Assembly (NCBI GenBank): GCA_030704615.1
Contig: CM060731.1
Location: 14,198,001-14,262,000 of the forward strand
From: Takakia lepidozioides
Taxonomy: Eukaryota; Plantae; Bryophyta
Length of the DNA: 64,000 bases
Direction of reading: 5' to 3'
The notes under the pieces are model-generated. The model was given only the letters and a program-made list of their open reading frames with translations. It searched no databases and was not told the origin of the DNA. Shown here one piece after another: positions 61,475-64,000 of this stretch (its first letter is position 1; every line of letters starts with the position of its first letter). Position numbers and translations under genes: made by a program.

Positions 61475-61760
61475 GGGCGCCATCCTGGAAATAGCAACCT
61501 CATGAATTGGCTGGTGACAAGAGGTCTGATCTGTCACTTTGAGACAGTACTTGATTGACCTGGACCACACTTGTGCCACGACTATCAAGACGGATTCAAC
61601 ATAAACTGAAAGTGTAGAAAAAATTATAATGCACATGTATCTTGGAGGATTGTCCCCAACACCAATTGTTCTGAATATGCAACGTGATTACAAGAGTCAT
61701 AGGATTTGGCTGAATCTCATTGCAGTCCTTATAATAACCTGGAAAGTTGTGCAAGTCCTG
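61475..61760 (-). pseudogene. Duplicated RECQL3 intron 1 fragment (piece 1)
   Basis: rc AGTACTGTCTCA..AGACCTCTTGTCACCA..CTATTTCCAGGATGGC and TGCAATGAGATTCA..GCCAAATCCTAT match RECQL3 ~16370-16590. Confidence 0.85.
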
Positions 61761-62318
61761 AATATATGGTAGTGAAGTCCATCAGCATTACCAGAAGAGC
61801 TCGTGTACTTGCAAGCTGTTACAGATTGGGAAAATGTGCACTCTTTGAGCAGATATGACGCAATGTGGGACTTAATGGTCTCAAGGTAGATCTCAAAAGA
61901 TGGACACTTGTGTTGGCCAATCAAGGTCTCATGCTCATGCCAATAAAAGTCTCAGTTTTGTAGCAGAGGTCACCACATATCATGCTTAGCCTGGGCCAGA
62001 GGCATTTGTGCTAGCATTTTCAGGTCAAGCTTCCCTCACCTTAGAGGGTTATAACCCCAAAACTTTCTTCAGCAGTGTTACTAGCGCCAGTTTCTGTAAA
62101 ATTGACAGCACCCATACAAATAGGAGCCATGACATCTTCCTTTTGAATCCCATATATGGCATAGGTCTTCTTCTGAAAATCGGGATCCCAGACAACATGT
62201 AACGTATACTTGTTGATTCCATGCAAACATTGTCTTTTACATAGTACCCTTCGATTTTTCTTGGCAAGTTAGATCATATGAATGGTGCGTTGTTCTCAAT
62301 TACAGGCAAAACTTGCAT

Positions 62319-64000
62319 TGTTAGAATTGAGCAAGAACATGAATAAGAACTAAAGTCTTAGACTAAAGCTAAAACTAAAGCTCTCCTCCCAACCATAGAA
62401 ACCATCATCATACTCTTACCCTTAGCCTAGTGGCTTCATCCCCGAGCTTGTACAAGAGACATGTACTCAACTTCTGTTGATAACAACGCTGTTGCAACTT
62501 GTCGTTTGCTAGACCAAGATACAGCTCCACCTGCTAGGAGAAAACAATGGCCTGAAGTTGATTTTCTACTATAAAAAAACGTCTCCTGCCCAGTCAGCAT
62601 CAGCAAACCCCAACAAACTTGGATCTTCCACTCTCTTGTAGAGTAGACCAGAGGTTGATGTTCCTCTTAGATATCAAAATATCCTCTTCACTGCTTTCCA
62701 ATGGGTTTGTCCGGGATTTGAAAGAAATTGTGAGACCACTCCCACTGAATGTGCAATGTCTGGCCTAGTACAAACCATGCAATACATCAAACTGTTGACT
62801 GCGCTTTGATAAGGAGTTTTCCTCATATCCTCTTGCTCTTCTTGAGTTTTAGGTGCCATATCCTTCGTAAGTTTCAAACCAACTTCGAGAGGAGTTGATG
62901 TTGGCTTACTCATCTCCAACTTAAACCTTTGTAGAATTGTCTCAATATATTGTCGTTGATGTATGAATACTGAATGGTTCACTCGATCTCTGCTGATTTG
63001 AATACCAAGACAGAACCGAATCTCACCCATGTCAGTCATGGCAAACTCAGCACTCAACAGTGCTTTGGATTCTGGCAACAACCTTTGATGATCGTTGGTG
63101 ACAATGATTGTGTCATCCACAAATAGAGCTATGACCACAAATTGCTCTCCCATCTTTTTCACATAGACGTTTGTGTCAGCAATGCTTCGCTCAAATCTTG
63201 TCTTTAAGAGGTAAGCATCGATCCTAGCATACCAAGCTCGAGGACTTTGTTTGAGTCCATACAAACTCTTTTGCAGCTTACACACAATATCACTTTCTCC
63301 TTGTACAAATTCTTCAGGTTGTCTCATGTAGATCTCTTCTTGTAGTTCTCCATTCAGGAATGCGGTCTTAACATCCATTTGATGAACTTCGTGATCATGT
63401 TGAGCTGCAAGAGCTAACAACACTCTAATAGAAGAAATCTTCACCACTGGTGAGAAGGTTTCATTGTAATCCACTCCTTGAATTTGTGCATAGCCTTTAG
63501 CTACAAGACGAGCTTTGTACCGGTAAATAGATCCATCAGCTTTGTACTTCAACTTGAAGATCCACTTGCAACCAATAGCTCTTCGTCCTACAGGCAACCT
63601 AGTGAGTGTCCATGCTTTGTTTTGCATCAATGAATCCAACTCTGAGTTGATTGCTTCTTCCCATTGTAGTTTGTCTGGAGAGCACATCGCTTCCTCATAT
63701 GTAGCAGGCTCAACCACTTGTGATGCTTCTTCCATAGCTTCAATGGCACTCATAGATGTAATCAGCCTACTAGGAGCTTTTCTTTCCCGCTGAGATCTCC
63801 TTAGAATTGGCACATCTTCAACTTCATCTCTAGAGTCCATATTAACAAGTGATTCACCAACTTCGACTCCTTGATCAACTCCATCAAGTTGAACACCTCC
63901 ATCATTTGCTTCAATCATCTCTTGTATTGGCTCCTCATAAGACTCCTCTTGGAAATGGTGTTATGGCTCTAAGCTCATTCCTATGTCATCTTCTCCCACT
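62319..64000 (-). mobile_element. Second copy of the same copia family, inverted, running off the window
   Basis: RT ORF 62674-63918 is nearly identical to 59430-60640. A partial 3' LTR (62319-62457) is fused directly to the RNase H start, deleting the RH end, PPT and first half of the LTR. Confidence 0.95.

Noticed and set aside
61760-62318. Exon 1 of the RECQL3 duplicate, or another gene
   Set aside because: No convincing similarity to 16009-16078 and no recognisable protein motif.

Overview
Eukaryotic nuclear DNA from a land plant. The RTEX-type LINEs, hAT remnant and intron style suggest a non-seed plant (inference). Apparently intact genes: a single-repeat DUF1475 membrane protein (-), PET117 (-), a CoA-pyrophosphatase Nudix hydrolase ending in PTS1-like PKL (+) and a 13-exon ABCC/MRP transporter (-). 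Damaged genes: an SDR with a frameshifting deletion, PRXIIF with exons 2-4 inverted relative to exons 1 and 5, and RECQL3, which has 8-nt and 4-nt microexons and two lesions. An older partial RECQL3 duplicate is split by a copia and a gypsy insertion and cut at the breakpoint of an inferred ~12.6-kb inversion containing the ABCC gene. Mobile DNA: three Ty1/copia copies; a chromovirus whose two LTRs have unrelated U3 regions despite a perfect TSD; a 728-bp TIR element with a 4-bp TSD; a hAT remnant; an RTEX-like LINE with a (CATTT)n tail; and a family of poly(A)-less 5'-truncated LINE ends with 14-17-bp TSDs. All assignments come from manual reading and recalled protein motifs; no searches were run, and some indels may be assembly errors.
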